A DNA stretch of 32,000 nt from Candidatus Lokiarchaeum ossiferum (lineage in GTDB: Archaea > Asgardarchaeota > Lokiarchaeia > Sigyniarchaeales > Promethearchaeaceae), in assembly GCA_025839675.1 (NCBI GenBank), contig CP104013.1, positions 5,160,001 through 5,192,000 of the forward strand, given 5' to 3'. The notes below the pieces were generated by a model. It was not told the origin of the DNA and ran no database searches. It saw only the letters and a program-made list of their open reading frames with translations. Below, in pieces: positions 15,366-25,081 of the stretch. Numbering within the stretch: the stretch's first letter is position 1; every line of letters begins with the position of its first letter. The translations under genes and the position numbers were made by a program.

Positions 15366-16754
15366 TTAAATCAATCCAAATTTCTGCCCACAATATTCGC
15401 AAAATCGATTTTGAGAATTATCTCTTCTTTCCCCACATTTTGGACAAAATTTTTCACTGGAATTTGATTGAACTGTATGTTTTTGTGTTTCATCTCCACC
15501 ATTATATCCATTGGTATGAATTCGGAAAGATGATTGAATTGGTTTTAAATGAGACAAACAGGATGCTAAGATAATCCAGCAAACGGAAGCAATTATTATT
15601 CCTAACCAAAGCCAATTTAAATGGTCACGATTTCCAAAAAGATAATATCTCAAGATAAGTGAAATACTTACTGTTATTAAAAGTCCAATAGTCGAAAAGA
15701 CGGTTATTTTTTTGTGATACAGTCTCTTTTTCCAGATTTGAATATAATACCCATGCCAAACGATTGCATTTCCCCATGATAAGATGGTAATTAAAGACCA
15801 AGGATTTTCCATTATACCTCCATTTATTGCATTTAAAATGACTAAGAAACTATTAACTAATAAATAGATGATTAGGTGGTTCCAGAAAGCAATTCTATGC
15901 CAAACATGCCTGAAAGCTAATGGTTTGGATGTTGTTACTGTAGTGGGGATTTGATTAATTACTTTATTTTGCATCTTCGTGAAAAGTGAAATGTTTTTGT
16001 TGAATCGTGGAGTAATTATAGAGTATATGATATAATGATTAATCCATGCTAGTCCAAGGGGGATGGCCGCAAACCAGATCCAATTTAAGTGGTGGTCTCC
16101 CTTTAAATCGATCCAGAATAAGAAAAGGGCAATGAGACCTAAAACCGTTCCATTTATTACAAGTCCGCGAACAGAATATTGTTGAATGTGTTCGATTGAA
16201 TAAATTACTGATGTGTGAATTCCAAAGGCGATAGTCCACGCTAAAAGCGGCCACAAAAACCATAAATTACTTGGACCAGTAAATAGGTTTATGAAGAAGA
16301 GTGTTAAATTAACCCAAATATACACACCTACATGAATCGCTAAACCTATCTTTGTTCCTTCTGAAAATTTTCTATTTGATAATATAACTGAACCATGGAT
16401 TCCCCATGGTAATCCTAAACCTATCAAGGCCCATAAGTGCCAAGGATATGAATAACCTGCTAAGAGGTTCATTCCAAAAACGGCCAGATTTATTGAAATC
16501 ACCGCTGAAGCATGGATTGCTAATCCTCTGGATCCAGAATCCCCGAATTGAGTGATTGCAAGATGTGTTCCAGCATGACAACCTAAGAAAATCCCCCACC
16601 CAAGAACTGACCATAAATGCCAAGGATATTGGTATCCTACTGCTAAATTTATGATAAGTAGAATCAAATTAACAGAAATATATGTTAATAAGTGTATTTT
16701 AAGTCCTTTCCCACGTGTTTTATGAGAAATTTCATTGTAAACTTCATTTTCCAT
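15366..16754 (-). CDS. Polytopic membrane protein with about 6 tandem 2TM-type repeats and a C-terminal zinc ribbon
   Basis: 462 aa. A ~50-aa unit repeats: GLKIHLLTYISVNLILLIINLAVGYQYPWHLWSVLGWGIFLGCHAGTH / GLAIHASAVISINLAVFGMNLLAGYSYPWHLWALIGLGLPWGIHGSV / GLAIHVGVYIWVNLTLFFINLFTGPSNLWFLWPLLAWTIAFGIHTSV / two to three more degenerate copies. This matches, from memory, the 2TM domain pattern. The C-terminus is CPKCGERRDNSQNRFCEYCGQKF. Confidence 0.7.
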   Translation of the reverse strand: MENEVYNEISHKTRGKGLKIHLLTYISVNLILLIINLAVGYQYPWHLWSVLGWGIFLGCHAGTHLAITQFGDSGSRGLAIHASAVISINLAVFGMNLLAGYSYPWHLWALIGLGLPWGIHGSVILSNRKFSEGTKIGLAIHVGVYIWVNLTLFFINLFTGPSNLWFLWPLLAWTIAFGIHTSVIYSIEHIQQYSVRGLVINGTVLGLIALFLFWIDLKGDHHLNWIWFAAIPLGLAWINHYIIYSIITPRFNKNISLFTKMQNKVINQIPTTVTTSKPLAFRHVWHRIAFWNHLIIYLLVNSFLVILNAINGGIMENPWSLITILSWGNAIVWHGYYIQIWKKRLYHKKITVFSTIGLLITVSISLILRYYLFGNRDHLNWLWLGIIIASVCWIILASCLSHLKPIQSSFRIHTNGYNGGDETQKHTVQSNSSEKFCPKCGERRDNSQNRFCEYCGQKFGLI

Positions 16755-17162
16755 TTTTTTTCACCGTTTTATATTACTATGTAGTTTTAACAATTCTGAT
16801 TTATTGAAATTTGATGACACCAATAATTAGCAAAATTGAAAATGCACATTTTTTTTTAGAATCATAGAGAGAGAATTTCAATATTAGAAGGACATTTTAA
16901 AAATTTACAGATGAAAAACTGAAGTTTTGGGAAAAACCAATTAAAGAAAACTTAGGATTATTTCATCAAAATTTAAGATTTTTTACTTGGTGTTAACTTG
17001 GACCAAGAGGGGATAAAATAGATTTATACTATTTTTGGACAAATAATTCAAACTCAAATGGTTTTTATAGCAAAAAAAACTAACTGAAGTATGCAGATCC
17101 CTCGTTATTTTGAAGAATCGTTAATAAATATTTGTAATTAACACAAAAAACGGGGAATTTTG

Positions 17163-17183
17163 ATCGTTTCTGGATGAAACGAT
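17163..17183. promoter_or_regulatory. Perfect 8-bp inverted repeat (ATCGTTTC-N5-GAAACGAT) about 40 nt upstream of the activase-fusion gene
   Basis: Read directly: 17163-17170 is the reverse complement of 17176-17183. It could be an operator or a 5'-leader hairpin. Confidence 0.3.
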
Positions 17184-17220
17184 TAAAAAATTACCAATTA
17201 TCAAAAAAAAGGGATATTAA

Positions 17221-20200
17221 GTGAGTCATTTTAACATAGGAATTGATATCGGATCTACAACAGCCAAAACTGTGATCATGGACCAAGATAAGAACATTAT
17301 TTTCTCAAAATATGAACGTCATAATGCAGAAATAATTCCATCACTTTTAGTGCAATTGCAAGCCGCGCGCCAAGAGTTGGGGGATATTCAAATCTCATCA
17401 ACTGTGACTGGGTCGGCAGGAATGGGTGTTTCAGAAAAAACAGGCATGAATTTTGTGCAAGAAGTGGTAGCTTCCGCCGAAGTTATTCGGAAATTATTTC
17501 CCGATGTGAAAACCTTAATCGATCTCGGGGGAGAAGATGCAAAAATCATATTTTTTAACGAAGACATGAAACCGGATATCCGTATGAATGGTAATTGTGC
17601 AGGCGGAACTGGAGCGTTTATCGATCAGATGGCTTCGTTACTGAACGTTCCGATAACTGAAATAAATAGCTTAGCGGAAAAAGCCCAACATGTGTATCCT
17701 GTGGCTTCTCGGTGTGGAGTCTTTGCAAAAACGGATGTGCAAAATCTCATTAGTCGGGATGTTCCGGCAGCGGATATTGCTGCTTCTATTTACCGCGCGG
17801 TTGCTTTTCAATCCATTAATTCCCTATCACGTGGTTTTGATGTCCATCCAAAAGTTATTTTTACTGGGGGTCCTTTGACCTTCCAACCCGAATTACGAAA
17901 AGCATTCATGGAAATTCTTAAAATTTCCGATGAAGATGTGCAACATTTTGATTCTCCAGAATTATTTCCGGCTATTGGGGCGTGTATTCATTGCAAAGAT
18001 GAAAATGTTAAATCTCTTGATGAGTTAATCGCTTTGATTCAACCTAATAAAAATGAAAAAATTGTTTTAGACACTCGCTTAGAAAGGCTCTTTGAATCTG
18101 AAGAAGAATTTGAAACTTGGCTAGAGCGTAAGAATCAACATTCTGTTAAAAAAGTTGAACTTAGTGCATTGAGTGGTCAAGATGTGTATTTAGGGATCGA
18201 TTCTGGCTCCACAACAACTAAAATTGTGTTAGTAAACGAACTTGGGCAAATTGGGGCTCAATTTTATCGAAATAACAATGGAAATCCTATACAAGCTGTC
18301 GTTGATGGACTAACTGAAATTGGAAACCAGATTAACGAACAAAATTTAGATATTCAAATTCGGAGTTCTGCAGTGACAGGATATGGGGAAGATTTAATTC
18401 ACTTTGCCCTTAATTTAGATGCTGGTATTGTTGAAACAATTGCACATTTTAAAGCGGCTTCCTTTTTCGATGAAGAAGTATCATTCATCATGGATATTGG
18501 AGGGCAAGATATGAAAGCAATCTTCTGTGAGGGAAAAATTATTAACAATTTAGAACTCAACGAATCTTGCTCATCGGGGTGCGGCTCGTTTATTGAAACT
18601 TTTGCTAATGGATTAGGTGAAACAGTTGCTGATTTTGCACGTGCAGCCTGCTATAGTGAAGCACCTTGTGACCTCGGTACCCGATGCACGGTGTTCATGA
18701 ATTCCAAAGTCAAACAATCTTTACGGGAAGGTGCAACTAAAGGAGATATATCTGCCGGAATTGCCATTTCGGTTATTAAAAACTGTTTTAATAAAGTATT
18801 GAAGCTTACCGATCTTTCGATTCTAGGGGACCACATTGTTGTGCAAGGTGGTACCTTTAAGAATCCTGCTGTGTTACGTGCTCTTGAAAACTACCTTGGA
18901 AAGGAAGTTGTTCGACCTAACATTGCAGAACATATGGGTGCTTATGGGGCTGCATTAGTTGCTAAAACTAACTATCAGAAATCTCACCAACCTTCAACTT
19001 TTATTGGTTTTGATAAATTAGAATCCGCTCTTCAATATACTCGTAAATCTCACCAATGTAAAGGTTGTGAGAATACATGTACTATTACAAAATTAACTTA
19101 TCCCAATGGAAAAGCATTTTATACTGGAAATAAATGTGAATCCATTTATTCTAATAAACTCAAAGGCTCTTACAAAGGAGAAAATCTCCATAAATTCAAA
19201 AAGCAAATTATTTTTGATAGACCGATGGAACCTCAAACTCCTCCCTTACTCACAATAGGAATTCCACGGGCATTGAATATGTGGGAAGATTTTCCATTCT
19301 GGTGTACTCTCTTTGTGGAATGTGGAATCAAAGTTGTGATTTCTGATCATTCTACCATGAAGTTGGCAGAAAAAGGATATGGGACGGTGATGTCGGAAAA
19401 TATTTGTTTTCCAGCCAAGATTACTAATGGCCATATTATGGATTTGATTGAAAAGAAAGTTGATCGCATCTTTTATCCGATGGTTCGGTTTAACCGCACA
19501 GAATTGGATACTTCCGTAAACAATTATAATTGTCCAATTGTTACAGGATATCCCGAAGTTATCAAATCTTCGATAAATCCTGCTAAAAATTATGGAATTC
19601 CATTTGATGCTATACCTTTTACTTTCAATTTGGAATCAATGGCCAGAAAAATCGCCGAAGAATATTTAATTTCCTTAGGTGTTTCGGAAGATGTTATTGG
19701 AGAGGCATTTCATAAAGCCCAACAAGAATGGAGAAATGTAAAAGATGAAGTTGCTGCAAAAGGGCGAGAAATTGTCCAAGATGCTCAAGAAAATGATCAT
19801 TTGTCCATTCTCTTATTAGGAAGACCCTATCATGTTGATTCCTTAGTCAATCATAAAATTCCTGAATTAATCACAGCTCTGGGTGTTAATGTAATTACGG
19901 AAGACGCGGTTCCCTATGATGAACGGTCCGATATCTCAAAAGTACAGGTATTATCTCAATGGACATTCCCTAATCGTTTATTTGACGCATCAATATGGGT
20001 GGGGGAAAATAAAAATGTTGAATTGGTCTATTTGAATTCCTTTGGCTGTGGACCCGATGCTGTTGCAGTGGACGAAGTTAAACCTATTTTAAATTCTTTC
20101 GGGAAAAACCCTACAGTTCTTCGTATTGATGAAATCAGCAGTCCCGGTTCCGTGAAATTGCGAATACGCAGTTTAATTGAATCCATTAAAATGCGTGGAT

Positions 20201-21516
20201 CTGATTATGTCCAAAAGAAAATTCCCCGAGTAGATACACCTACATTTGAAGTTGAAGATAAATATCGCACTATTTTGGCTCCTGAATTTTCTCCCTTCTA
20301 TACTCGATTTATCACTGCGGGATTTGAACTCAAGGGTTATAAAATTATCAACTTACCTGAACCAGATCGTCAAAGTATAGATATTGGTCTTAAATATACA
20401 AACAATGATATTTGTTATCCCGCCTCAATCGTGATAGGAGATCATATTAAAGCTCTACAAACAGGGAAATATGATGTGAATGAAGTTGCCTGTGGAATTA
20501 CTCAGACGGGGGGACAATGTCGGGCTTCAAGTTATGCGGCCTTATTAAAAAAAGCCTTGGTAAATGCTGGTTTCGCTCAAGTTCCTGTTGTTGCCGTGGC
20601 AGCCTCTACTAATAAACCTCTGAATATTCAACCTGGTTTTCAGTTAAGTGGGGTTCAATTTAATTATACGGCCTTCTTTGGCATAGTTTTTGCTGATGCT
20701 CTTGCCAAATTATATTATCGATCTGCTGTGCGAGAGAAAAATAAAGGTGAATCTTGGGCGTTAGTTGAAAAATATATTGAAAAAGCTTTTAATCATTTGA
20801 AAATCAGTCATCATGGTAAGGTTTATCGCATTTTGAAAGATGCTGTGAAAGAATTCAACCAAATTGAGATGGATCCAACACCTCTTCCACGTGTTGGTAT
20901 TGTTGGGGAAATTTATGTTAAATTTAATCCCTTCTCCAATGGATATATTACCGATTGGTTAATGGAACGGAAGGTGGAAGTTGAAGTCACCCCGCTCATC
21001 ACCTTCTTCCTTAAATTCTTGGTCAATAAACCATTTAATCATGAATATAATATTCTTCCCAAGTCCAATAAATATTTACGGGCTATGGCGGCAGGCGAAA
21101 AGGTTGCTTGGCATTATATAAATAAAGCTAATAAAATCATCAAGAAATTCAAATTGGGCATTTCCCCTATCCATCCGGTAAGACAAGTAGGTGAAGAAGC
21201 TGCAAAAATTATGAGTGTAAACCATCAATATGGGGAAGCTTGGTTAGTTTCCGGTGAAATTGGAACTTATGTAAATGATGGAATTCAAGATGTGGTCTGT
21301 TTACAACCCTTCGGCTGTATTGCCAATCACATTGTCGCTAAAGGGGTCGAAAAACGCCTTCGAGAATTATATCCTAGTTTAAATTTGCTCTTTTTGGATA
21401 TGGATGCGGGGGCAAGCGAAGTGAATACCGCCAATCGTCTTGAATTTTTGATCCGAGGGGCTCGGGAATCACTTGAAAAACAACTTAAAGATGAGTTTGT
21501 GAAAGCTACAGTATGA
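17221..21516 (+). CDS. Acyl-CoA dehydratase activase-related fusion protein (two BcrAD/BadFG/HgdC-type ATPase modules plus a large C-terminal domain)
   Basis: 1431 aa, GTG start. It has two ASKHA ATPase modules, IGIDIGSTTAKTVIM and LGIDSGSTTTKIVLV. Each carries the cluster-ligand cysteine pair of HgdC-type activators (NCAGGTG + SRCGVFAKTD; SCSSGCG + TRCTVFMNSK). These are followed by a Cys-rich linker (CKGCENTC) and about 800 aa resembling the uncharacterised CoA-enzyme-activase C-terminal region. Confidence 0.85.
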   Translation: MSHFNIGIDIGSTTAKTVIMDQDKNIIFSKYERHNAEIIPSLLVQLQAARQELGDIQISSTVTGSAGMGVSEKTGMNFVQEVVASAEVIRKLFPDVKTLIDLGGEDAKIIFFNEDMKPDIRMNGNCAGGTGAFIDQMASLLNVPITEINSLAEKAQHVYPVASRCGVFAKTDVQNLISRDVPAADIAASIYRAVAFQSINSLSRGFDVHPKVIFTGGPLTFQPELRKAFMEILKISDEDVQHFDSPELFPAIGACIHCKDENVKSLDELIALIQPNKNEKIVLDTRLERLFESEEEFETWLERKNQHSVKKVELSALSGQDVYLGIDSGSTTTKIVLVNELGQIGAQFYRNNNGNPIQAVVDGLTEIGNQINEQNLDIQIRSSAVTGYGEDLIHFALNLDAGIVETIAHFKAASFFDEEVSFIMDIGGQDMKAIFCEGKIINNLELNESCSSGCGSFIETFANGLGETVADFARAACYSEAPCDLGTRCTVFMNSKVKQSLREGATKGDISAGIAISVIKNCFNKVLKLTDLSILGDHIVVQGGTFKNPAVLRALENYLGKEVVRPNIAEHMGAYGAALVAKTNYQKSHQPSTFIGFDKLESALQYTRKSHQCKGCENTCTITKLTYPNGKAFYTGNKCESIYSNKLKGSYKGENLHKFKKQIIFDRPMEPQTPPLLTIGIPRALNMWEDFPFWCTLFVECGIKVVISDHSTMKLAEKGYGTVMSENICFPAKITNGHIMDLIEKKVDRIFYPMVRFNRTELDTSVNNYNCPIVTGYPEVIKSSINPAKNYGIPFDAIPFTFNLESMARKIAEEYLISLGVSEDVIGEAFHKAQQEWRNVKDEVAAKGREIVQDAQENDHLSILLLGRPYHVDSLVNHKIPELITALGVNVITEDAVPYDERSDISKVQVLSQWTFPNRLFDASIWVGENKNVELVYLNSFGCGPDAVAVDEVKPILNSFGKNPTVLRIDEISSPGSVKLRIRSLIESIKMRGSDYVQKKIPRVDTPTFEVEDKYRTILAPEFSPFYTRFITAGFELKGYKIINLPEPDRQSIDIGLKYTNNDICYPASIVIGDHIKALQTGKYDVNEVACGITQTGGQCRASSYAALLKKALVNAGFAQVPVVAVAASTNKPLNIQPGFQLSGVQFNYTAFFGIVFADALAKLYYRSAVREKNKGESWALVEKYIEKAFNHLKISHHGKVYRILKDAVKEFNQIEMDPTPLPRVGIVGEIYVKFNPFSNGYITDWLMERKVEVEVTPLITFFLKFLVNKPFNHEYNILPKSNKYLRAMAAGEKVAWHYINKANKIIKKFKLGISPIHPVRQVGEEAAKIMSVNHQYGEAWLVSGEIGTYVNDGIQDVVCLQPFGCIANHIVAKGVEKRLRELYPSLNLLFLDMDAGASEVNTANRLEFLIRGARESLEKQLKDEFVKATV

Positions 21517-21587
21517 TTTTTCAAATTTCGTTTTTTCCCATATTCTTAATACCCTACACAACCTATTCATAATACGTAGTGAATACT

Positions 21588-22340
21588 ATGGAATTAGGAG
21601 CTATCATTGGAATAAGTGCCGGTGTTTTTCTTCTCGGTCTTGCCATTTATTTTATTTTATGGCAGAAAAAAATGTTCAACCCTCTTCCAACGGGTCAAAT
21701 TTCCGTTGAGGATCCTCAATTGCAATTTTATGCAATTAAAGAGCAATCAGTCAATTTTTTTATTATAACCGATGGCTTAGAATATATTATGATCGACTGT
21801 GGATATGGCAAATCTTCTCTGATAAGTGATATGGAGAAATTGAAGTTAGATCCGAAAAAAATATCTCATATTTTTATCACTCATGCTGATCTTGATCATA
21901 TTGGAGGTCGATCTTTCTTTCCAAATGCAATTTTTCATCTGCATGAAAAGGATATGCAAATTATTGATGGGACTACCCATCGTTTTAAAAATGTCTATAA
22001 ATATCCCAAGGTAAAACATCCGTTTGAGTTGTTTTCTGATGGTGAAAATTTTGAAGTTGGACAAATGCATGTAAAGACAATTGCAACTCCTGGTCACACT
22101 CCTGGAAGTTCTAGTTTCTTGCTGAATAATTGTTATTTATTCACAGGAGATACATTAACCCTTCATAATGGAGAAGTTCATACATTCTATAAATTCATTA
22201 CTATGGATATGGGCTCTCAAAAAGCCTCCATCCGTAAATTAGCCCATTTGGAAAATATTCTGTTCTTATTCAGTGCTCATACACAATTTACGGCTGATTT
22301 CGGTCGCGCAATGGAAAAGTGGAAGAAATCCTCTATGTAA
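21588..22340 (+). CDS. Membrane-anchored MBL-fold metallo-hydrolase
   Basis: N-terminal TM helix ELGAIIGISAGVFLLGLAIYFILW. MBL motifs THADLDHIGG (HxHxDH), TPGHTPGS and FTGDTL. The track ORF starts at GTG 21579; ATG 21588 is the alternative used here. Confidence 0.8.
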   Translation: MELGAIIGISAGVFLLGLAIYFILWQKKMFNPLPTGQISVEDPQLQFYAIKEQSVNFFIITDGLEYIMIDCGYGKSSLISDMEKLKLDPKKISHIFITHADLDHIGGRSFFPNAIFHLHEKDMQIIDGTTHRFKNVYKYPKVKHPFELFSDGENFEVGQMHVKTIATPGHTPGSSSFLLNNCYLFTGDTLTLHNGEVHTFYKFITMDMGSQKASIRKLAHLENILFLFSAHTQFTADFGRAMEKWKKSSM

Positions 22341-22497
22341 TGGTGTGATGCAGCTCTTTTTTAAAAAATGTACTATGATGAATGCATCAATTCCACTTCT
22401 TTGATTTTTCTCTGTTCATATTATGGGTTAATCTGATAATGAAATGAAACCCTTCTTCTGTCATGAAAGTTATTAAAGAATAACAATAACTAATATT

Positions 22498-23217
22498 ATG
22501 GTTGTTTCTACCCCGCATATTATAATGCTTGCAATTGTTACTGGATATATATTCTTTCAATACTATTTCACAATCAAATTGACACTTTTCTTGAATCTAG
22601 ATCAGAAAGCCAAATCAGATAAAATGGTGATACTTGGAATTTTTTCCCTCATTTTTGGGGATACGATTCATATTATCTATCTGTATATTAACTACATTAC
22701 CGATGATATTTGGTTGAACGGGTTTGGAGTAGTTGCTTTGATAATTACTTCGATTTTCATGAGTGCCTATTATTTAGGTCTTTTATTTTTCACCATCTAT
22801 GAATATGGAAGTAGGAAAATCGAATTAAAACATGTGATAATTTTACTATTTTTCGTTGTCCGCGTTATTCTTTCTCTTCTACCACAAAATAATTATGCAG
22901 TGGAATCATCTTCACCGACTGCAGTGCGGAACACCTCCAATGTATTCTTTTCCATTTTTGGAATTCTAACTCTCCTTTTATTTTTGAGTGAATCTCAAAA
23001 AAGAAACTTAAAGGCAGATATAATCTTTAAAAACGTGGTGATTGCTGGCATAATATCGTTTGCATGTTATATCGGGCATTTGATCCTGTATCCGATTAAC
23101 CCTATCTTTGGAATGCTGATGTTACCAAAATCCATAGCGTATAATTTCGAAGTTTATTTCATCATGAAAGGTATCATGTCTCTTAGAGAAAAAAAAGCAA
23201 CCTCGGCAAAAAATTAA
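22498..23217 (+). CDS. Hypothetical polytopic membrane protein (about 6-7 TM helices)
   Basis: 239 aa, almost entirely hydrophobic helices. No family recognised. Confidence 0.6.
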   Translation: MVVSTPHIIMLAIVTGYIFFQYYFTIKLTLFLNLDQKAKSDKMVILGIFSLIFGDTIHIIYLYINYITDDIWLNGFGVVALIITSIFMSAYYLGLLFFTIYEYGSRKIELKHVIILLFFVVRVILSLLPQNNYAVESSSPTAVRNTSNVFFSIFGILTLLLFLSESQKRNLKADIIFKNVVIAGIISFACYIGHLILYPINPIFGMLMLPKSIAYNFEVYFIMKGIMSLREKKATSAKN

Positions 23218-23260
23218 AGAAAGTTGCTAGTCTTTCTTTAGTTAGTCTATTACCGAAATT

Positions 23261-24811
23261 ATGGGTTTTGTTAAAATGAGTGATGATGAAGCAACAAAAA
23301 TTTTAATGTTGATGGGCCATCGTGGGTTCATCTGGGGGCCTTCCCCCGAAATTTATAATCCTGTCAAAGGTGCTTATGAAATTGGACCTTTGGGAAAAGA
23401 AATGAAAAATAATCTCGAACGTTACATGCGCAAAAAGTTCCGGAAAAATAATTTTTGGGAAGTTCAATGTCCCCTTATCAGTCCTGAAATTGTCTGGAAA
23501 GCTTCAGGTCATGTTGAACGATTTTTCGATTATATCACCCAATGCTCTAATCCAAAATGTGACAACGTGCATCGAGTCGATACCATGTTAGAACGAATGG
23601 GATTTGAACTCACCGATGTATCCCAAGAAGGTCTACAGAAGCTAGTCAACGATAATAAGATCGTATGTCCAGATTGTGAGGGTGAACTCGGACCTGTGGC
23701 TACTCAGAATTTGATGGTCACTTCCAAATTAGGTTTTCCTGCTTCAGAATTTATCTTACGGCCTGAAACGGCCACTACCACCTATCTTACTTTCCCCCGC
23801 TTGCATAATTACTTCCGTACCAGCATGCCTATTTATGCATTCCAGATGGGATATGCGTTCCGGAATGAAATTTCCCCTCGCAACATGCTCTTACGTACTC
23901 GGGAATTTGAACAATGTGAAGGTCAAATTTTTATTACTCCCGATCAAGAAATCGATTTTCCCCTCTTTGAAGATAATAAGGATCAACATGTCGTGTTATG
24001 GCCGGCGGCTTTGCAAGAAAAAAATGATAAAACCCTTCTGGATCTTTCCATTCAAGAAGCAGTGGATCAAAAAATCTTGCAAAAGCCTGCCTATGCTTGG
24101 TTAGTTTATCTTGCTTATGATATGGTGAAAGGCTTAGGAATTCCTGCTGAAAACATTCGATTGCGACAACATAAACAAGATGAAATGGCTCACTACGCAC
24201 ATGATGCATGGGATCTTGAAATTAAATCGAAAATCTATGGGTGGACCGAAGTGTGTGGAGTTCACGATCGAGGAGATTATGATCTCTCCAATCATCACAA
24301 AATGTCTAAGAAAAAACAGTTGCTCGTTTCGGGAGCAAAAAAAGGTGAAAAAGTAGTCCCTCACATCTTAGAAATTGCTTTTGGACTTGGTCGATTATTT
24401 TTCTTCGCATTAGAACAAGCTTTTAAATTTGAAGAAGAACGCAACGTCTTGGATCTTCCTATTGAATTAACTCCTGTACCTTTTGCCGTATTTCCATTAA
24501 TGAAAAAGCCTAAAGAATTACAAGTGGTTGCAAAAGAGATCTTTGATGATTTAATCGAAAACGATTTTGGAGCAATTATGGATATGGCAGGTTCGATTGG
24601 AAAACGATACCGGCGTACGGAAGAAATTGGGGTTCGGTATGCGTTTACCATTGACCATACTACCTTAGAAGATGATACTTTAACTATCCGTAGCATAGAA
24701 GATATGAGTCAAAAGCGTATTAAAAAAGCAGACCTCATCGATATTGCTGCTAAACTCATGCATCGGAAGATAACCTATGCCGAGATTGAAGATTTAACTG
24801 TTTCAGAATAA
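23261..24811 (+). CDS. glyS: Glycine--tRNA ligase (archaeal/eukaryal alpha2 type)
   Basis: 516 aa. N-terminal RGFIWGPSPEIYNPVKGAYEIGPLGKEMKNNL; zinc-ribbon insertion CSNPKCDNVHRVD...CPDCEG; LRPETATTTY; class II motif 2 FRNEISPRNMLLRTREFEQCEGQIF; motif 3 region EIAFGLGRL; C-terminal anticodon-binding domain PVPFAVFPLMKK. Confidence 0.9.
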   Translation: MGFVKMSDDEATKILMLMGHRGFIWGPSPEIYNPVKGAYEIGPLGKEMKNNLERYMRKKFRKNNFWEVQCPLISPEIVWKASGHVERFFDYITQCSNPKCDNVHRVDTMLERMGFELTDVSQEGLQKLVNDNKIVCPDCEGELGPVATQNLMVTSKLGFPASEFILRPETATTTYLTFPRLHNYFRTSMPIYAFQMGYAFRNEISPRNMLLRTREFEQCEGQIFITPDQEIDFPLFEDNKDQHVVLWPAALQEKNDKTLLDLSIQEAVDQKILQKPAYAWLVYLAYDMVKGLGIPAENIRLRQHKQDEMAHYAHDAWDLEIKSKIYGWTEVCGVHDRGDYDLSNHHKMSKKKQLLVSGAKKGEKVVPHILEIAFGLGRLFFFALEQAFKFEEERNVLDLPIELTPVPFAVFPLMKKPKELQVVAKEIFDDLIENDFGAIMDMAGSIGKRYRRTEEIGVRYAFTIDHTTLEDDTLTIRSIEDMSQKRIKKADLIDIAAKLMHRKITYAEIEDLTVSE

Positions 24812-25081
24812 TTTATAACTTTTTTTATATGTTTTACATGCTTTTCATTTGGGTTTGCTTATATTTTTGCTCAAAAAGTAACCTCTTCTATTTAAAGGAA
24901 AAATTTGTCGGTGAATACTTTCGATTTTGGATGATTTAGTGTATATATCTTGCAGATTAGTAATTATTTGATTTGCATGTCCCACAAAATATTTCATTAT
25001 ATTAATAAATGTTATAATTGAAAGAATGTAGTTAATTACTCTCAAAAAATCGATGAAAAAAAATTTTTGTAGTTCATATTT

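Noticed and set aside
22498-23217. Seven-helix membrane protein considered as a microbial rhodopsin
   Set aside because: It has only one Trp, no RYxDW-like helix-3 motif and no convincing DxxxK/SxxxK retinal-lysine context in the last helix.
24845-25045. 66-aa minus-strand ORF between the convergent glyS and GDH-like genes
   Set aside because: It lies in a terminator-type AT-rich convergent spacer, with no motif, no plausible promoter space and low-complexity sequence.
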